DNA from: Candidatus Poribacteria bacterium
GTDB lineage: Bacteria; Poribacteria; WGA-4E; WGA-3G
Direction: 5' to 3'
NCBI GenBank assembly: GCA_963665235.2
Contig: CAXXLX010000001.1
Span: forward strand, 3,168,001-3,232,000
Length of the DNA stretch: 64,000 nucleotides
Both the position numbers and the translations under genes were made by a program. Every line of letters begins with the position of its first letter. The stretch's first letter is position 1. Shown one piece after another: positions 60,746 through 64,000 of the stretch. The notes below the pieces were generated by a model. The model was not told the origin of the DNA. It ran no database searches and saw only the letters and a list, made by a program, of their open reading frames with translations.

Positions 60746-61912
60746 TTGTTTTATCCGGCTTACCTAAATATTCAGAATCGAAAATGCCTCGTTGTTGGAG
60801 GTGGGACCGTCGCAGAACGGAAAGTTGTCTCCATGCTTCTCAGCGGGGGTGATGTCACGTTCATCAGTCCTGAGGCGACAGACCTATTGACGTTCCTTGC
60901 ACAGCACAGCAAAATCTGCTGGCACAAACGGCAACTACAATCGGGCGACACGAACGGATATTTCCTCGTCTCTGCTGCAACCGATTCCACGGCTATCAAC
61001 ACTGCTGCTTTCAGAGAGGCGTACGAAGTGAACAAAATCCGATTGGTAAATGTGGTAGATGTTATTCCACAATGCACCTTTGCTGCTGCTTCTGTCGTAA
61101 CGGATGGCGAGCTCATGATTAGCATCTCCACGAGTGGCAAAAGTCCTGCAACGAGCCGCCGTATCCGCGAATACCTTGAGGAGGTGCTGAAGACGACATC
61201 GTTATATACACTTGGATATGATGCGAACGGAAAACCGATGCCGATTGAAAATCAACAGCTGCCGTATCCCGTTTATCTCCTATTAGAAAATCGTCTGTGC
61301 GTTGTGCTATCTTCTACGAACGACACGGGGAACGTGCCTACGACTTCACAGGAAACGTCAGCACTTGAAAACCGAGTCTCACTGTTACAGCAATGCGGTG
61401 CTAAAGTCCTTCACAATCCCCCTCACTTTGATGACGCGTTCCTTGTCATTTCCGACAGTGAGATTTCGGAGGCTTCGGATATGCCGTTACGAGAACAGCT
61501 GGATAACCGCGACGCTGGCACTTTCTTCACACCCCATCTCATAATAGATGACAACCTGATAATTAGTATTGCGACACGGAACGAGGCATCTGCGTCCAAA
61601 GCGAAACAGCTCCATCAAGTGCTTACCGAACAATTTGAAAACAGCGGTTATGGCGCGTTTGTCTCGTTCCTCGGAACGTTACGCCCGGCAGTCCTCAGAA
61701 CATTTCCTACATCAAAAATGCGTGGTGATTTCTTTGAAACCCTTATTGGACACGTTACAACGGACACCTCACCGAGAACGACCTGTTGCCTTGGGTTCGG
61801 AAATCCTGCATGTTCTGCCGACTGCCTTTTCAATTGGGTACGGCACGGCAAACTTGAGCACGCTAACACCTTTGCCTCGGAACTTTTGGCAAACAAACAT
61901 AGCACGACATAG
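60746..61912 (+). CDS. precorrin-2 dehydrogenase/ferrochelatase (SirC/Met8/CysG-N-like) with an internal duplication
   Basis: YPAYL..RKCLVVGGGTVAERKV, AATD, VNVVD..CTF, ISISTSGKSP; second degenerate copy from YPVYLLL. Confidence 0.82.
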   Translation: MFYPAYLNIQNRKCLVVGGGTVAERKVVSMLLSGGDVTFISPEATDLLTFLAQHSKICWHKRQLQSGDTNGYFLVSAATDSTAINTAAFREAYEVNKIRLVNVVDVIPQCTFAAASVVTDGELMISISTSGKSPATSRRIREYLEEVLKTTSLYTLGYDANGKPMPIENQQLPYPVYLLLENRLCVVLSSTNDTGNVPTTSQETSALENRVSLLQQCGAKVLHNPPHFDDAFLVISDSEISEASDMPLREQLDNRDAGTFFTPHLIIDDNLIISIATRNEASASKAKQLHQVLTEQFENSGYGAFVSFLGTLRPAVLRTFPTSKMRGDFFETLIGHVTTDTSPRTTCCLGFGNPACSADCLFNWVRHGKLEHANTFASELLANKHSTT

Positions 61913-61937
61913 CCTTGGCGGACTCCGTGAGACCTTT

Positions 61938-62786
61938 ATGTTAACGTTAAATTTTCTATTTCTCATCACGCTTCTGATATACTTAGCAGCCAGCATTTTT
62001 CAGACCCTTTCGCTGACCATTGGGACACGCACCGAAGCCTTAGCGATTCGTCCAACAATTGAGCGTATTGCTTTTTGGGGAACGACCTGCGGCTTCACTT
62101 GCCTCACTGTCTTCATCGGGCTCTGGTGGCTAGAGCAGGGGAATTTTCCGATAACATATTGGACGAACTCTACTGCCTTCTTTGCATGGGCAATCACATT
62201 AATCTATCTGATTATCGTTCGTTTAACACAACTTCGCGCCCTCGGCACCTTCGTTGTGCCTATCGCCTTCATTGCAATCTTGGTGTCTTACGGTTTCACC
62301 CGAAATAGTGTGACCCTCCCGGAACAGTTGCGAACCTATTGGTTAGTCGCACACGTCACGCTCATCTATCTCAGCTATGCCGCGTTTACCGCAGCATTTG
62401 GATTTGGACTGATGTACCTGATAGCGGAAAAACAGATTCGTGAAAAGACGCGAACGCTCTTTCACAATCTGCTCCCCTCCCTTGGGGTATCCGATGAACT
62501 TGGATACCGCTGCACTATCCTTGGTGTAATTCTGCTTACCATGGGAATTGTTGTAGGTGCGCTCTGGACGCAATATATCATCGAGGTCCCCTGGAATTGG
62601 TTTGATGTGAAGATTATCTCTACGCTGGCGACCTGGTTCATCTACGTTATACAAATCGGTATCCGTCAATTTTGGGGTTGGCGCGGTAGAAAGGCAGCTT
62701 ATGCTGCAATCGTCGGGTTAGTCGCTGTTCTTTATACCTACGTCGGCGTTGACATCTTTTTGGAAAGTGTGCACACCTTCAAATGA
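61938..62786 (+). CDS. CcsA/HemX-like cytochrome c assembly membrane protein
   Basis: about 8 TM helices, WLVAHV, LPSL..SDEL, GALW..W.WFDVK, GWRGRKAA, SVHTF. Confidence 0.85.
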   Translation: MLTLNFLFLITLLIYLAASIFQTLSLTIGTRTEALAIRPTIERIAFWGTTCGFTCLTVFIGLWWLEQGNFPITYWTNSTAFFAWAITLIYLIIVRLTQLRALGTFVVPIAFIAILVSYGFTRNSVTLPEQLRTYWLVAHVTLIYLSYAAFTAAFGFGLMYLIAEKQIREKTRTLFHNLLPSLGVSDELGYRCTILGVILLTMGIVVGALWTQYIIEVPWNWFDVKIISTLATWFIYVIQIGIRQFWGWRGRKAAYAAIVGLVAVLYTYVGVDIFLESVHTFK

Positions 62787-62810
62787 AATGTAAGCAGCAC
62801 GTAGTCTCGT

Positions 62811-63035
62811 TTAGACTTTGGTGAGTGATAGCATTTTTGCGTGGGCGGATTCTAAAATTGAATCCCGAATGAAGGTGGTGGCATTTAAAATCTCTATACC
62901 GATGAGTTCGCCGTTCCCGTTCAATTCGGCGGTAATATTCGGGCTGAGTTCAAGACTATCGCTTTCTGGATCATCGGAAATCGCCAGGTGCAATATGTCT
63001 TCTTTCTCAAAGTATGTCATCTTTGTTTTATTCAA
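62811..63035 (-). CDS. DUF2283 family protein (putative antitoxin)
   Basis: YFEKEDILHL, ELNGNGELIGIEILNA. Confidence 0.85.
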   Translation of the reverse strand: MNKTKMTYFEKEDILHLAISDDPESDSLELSPNITAELNGNGELIGIEILNATTFIRDSILESAHAKMLSLTKV

Positions 63036-63143
63036 AAGTGTACCTCCGTATTCTAACTCGGAATCGAATCTGTTGACGAGTTGTGGCGTGAACCGTTATT
63101 GGAGTGACAATATCTTGATAGACCTATTCTGGGATGACTTCAT
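63028..63143 (-). pseudogene. internally deleted toxin-like gene upstream of DUF2283
   Basis: ATG (MKSSQ) 7 nt after TTGACT-N17-TATACT; out-of-frame C-terminal fragment VTPITVHATTRQQIRFRV..FE* overlaps the DUF2283 start. Confidence 0.5.
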
Positions 63144-63457
63144 TGTATATAGTATAGCGTGACAATCCTTTGTAGTCAAGTTTAATTTTTTGGGGGTGTG
63201 TAAAGTTTTTGTACAAAACCGGTGCATAAGTTACACTTTTTGACACAAAGTGTGTCTTTTGGTTTTCGGTTCTGAATGCCCGCAAACGCATGCCCCGTCT
63301 ATGTTTGTAAGCGGTTTTGACCTATATTTTTCAAAACACATAAAGAACAAAGTGTGACATTTCGACCGCCGATTTTCAGGTATCATTCCTGCCTACTTTT
63401 CTTACCGTTCTGCATACTGGGGTTTAGTCCGACCGGGTTGCGGTGTTTTCTATAAAT

Positions 63458-63613
63458 AACGTAAGCTTGATAATAAATGTCCGTATGCTGTAGACACTTT
63501 TCATTGCGAAAAAAGCGGGGTAATTGTAGCACAAACTTCCTAGTTTGGGTCTTCCATCTTCGCTAAAAATATCCGAGGACACCGCAGGTGAAAACTTTTT
63601 TCAAACTCACGTT
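63458..63613. mobile_element. diverged MITE family A copy inserted into a REP unit
   Basis: AACGTAAGCTTGA...TCAAACTCACGTT; ATAAAT at 63452-63457 and 63614-63619. Confidence 0.78.
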
Positions 63614-63831
63614 ATAAATATATCGCCCCGCTGGGGCTAGGTTGTGTGGTGTTCACGTCTTCTATAAACATTCCGCCCCGCTGGGGCTAGTTTGTGGGGC
63701 GGTTGTGTTTTCTATAAATATATCGCCCCGCTGGGGCTAGTTTAAAGAGGCGACACCCTTAATCGCAAAATTGTGATGCGGACACCTCTTACAATCCGCG
63801 AAATCCGTGTAATCCGCGATAATCCGCGATT
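63614..63831 (-). repeat. REP array plus 9-mer block, inverted relative of ~4114-4286
   Basis: shared AAGAGGTGTCCGCATCAC..TTTTGCGATTAAGGGTGTCGCCTCTTTAAACTAGCCCCAGCGGGGCG; family D-like end GGGGGTGTGTAAAGTTT at 63192. Confidence 0.75.
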
Positions 63832-64000
63832 TGTGGCGTACTCGCCCAAATGCGACGTGCATTCAGACAACACACCAAATCCACCAAAACCCACATTTCT
63901 TAAATCTTTTTTCTTGACAATATCTGTCAAAAGTGTTTAGCATAACGAGTTGTGCTAAATGACTTTTTGTCCAACATTATTTCACACAAACAGAACGTTT

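Noticed and set aside
61569-61937. 123-aa N-terminal extension of the CcsA-like ORF
   Set aside because: Overlaps the SirC-like gene in another frame; the hydrophobic protein begins at ATG 61938.

Overview
64-kb bacterial window, probably Candidatus Poribacteria. This is inferred from the LLENYPNPFNPETWIPYQLA...AAYWDGRN C-terminal domain, the ECF-sigma/propeller fusions, the many Gfo/Idh/MocA, sulfatase and hydrolase genes, and the repeat-rich intergenic DNA. Recognisable housekeeping genes are lysA (3' part), hemB, hemL, a polyprenyl synthase, SirC-like, CcsA-like, sodC, UxuA-like and PotD-like genes. Most notable observations: (1) a co-oriented cluster of a membrane coiled-coil protein, two PspA/IM30 (ESCRT-III-fold) paralogs, an M49-like metalloprotein and a tandem AAA+ ATPase, which is a candidate bacterial membrane-remodelling/disassembly system. 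(2) A 29-nt hairpin unit that precisely replaces the GTAG tetranucleotide of three unrelated REP families. (3) Several TIR/TSD-bounded non-autonomous elements that carry different REP cargo and nest in one another. (4) A HEPN-motif protein with a VapB-like tail, translationally coupled to VapC. (5) A leaderless Rpn gene with an internal SD+ATG. (6) Two transmembrane ECF sigma-Asp-box propeller fusions sharing a promoter motif. (7) Four tandem secreted paralogs coupled to hemB. No rRNA, tRNA or true CRISPR array was recognised. All protein calls are by eye from motifs, not from database searches.
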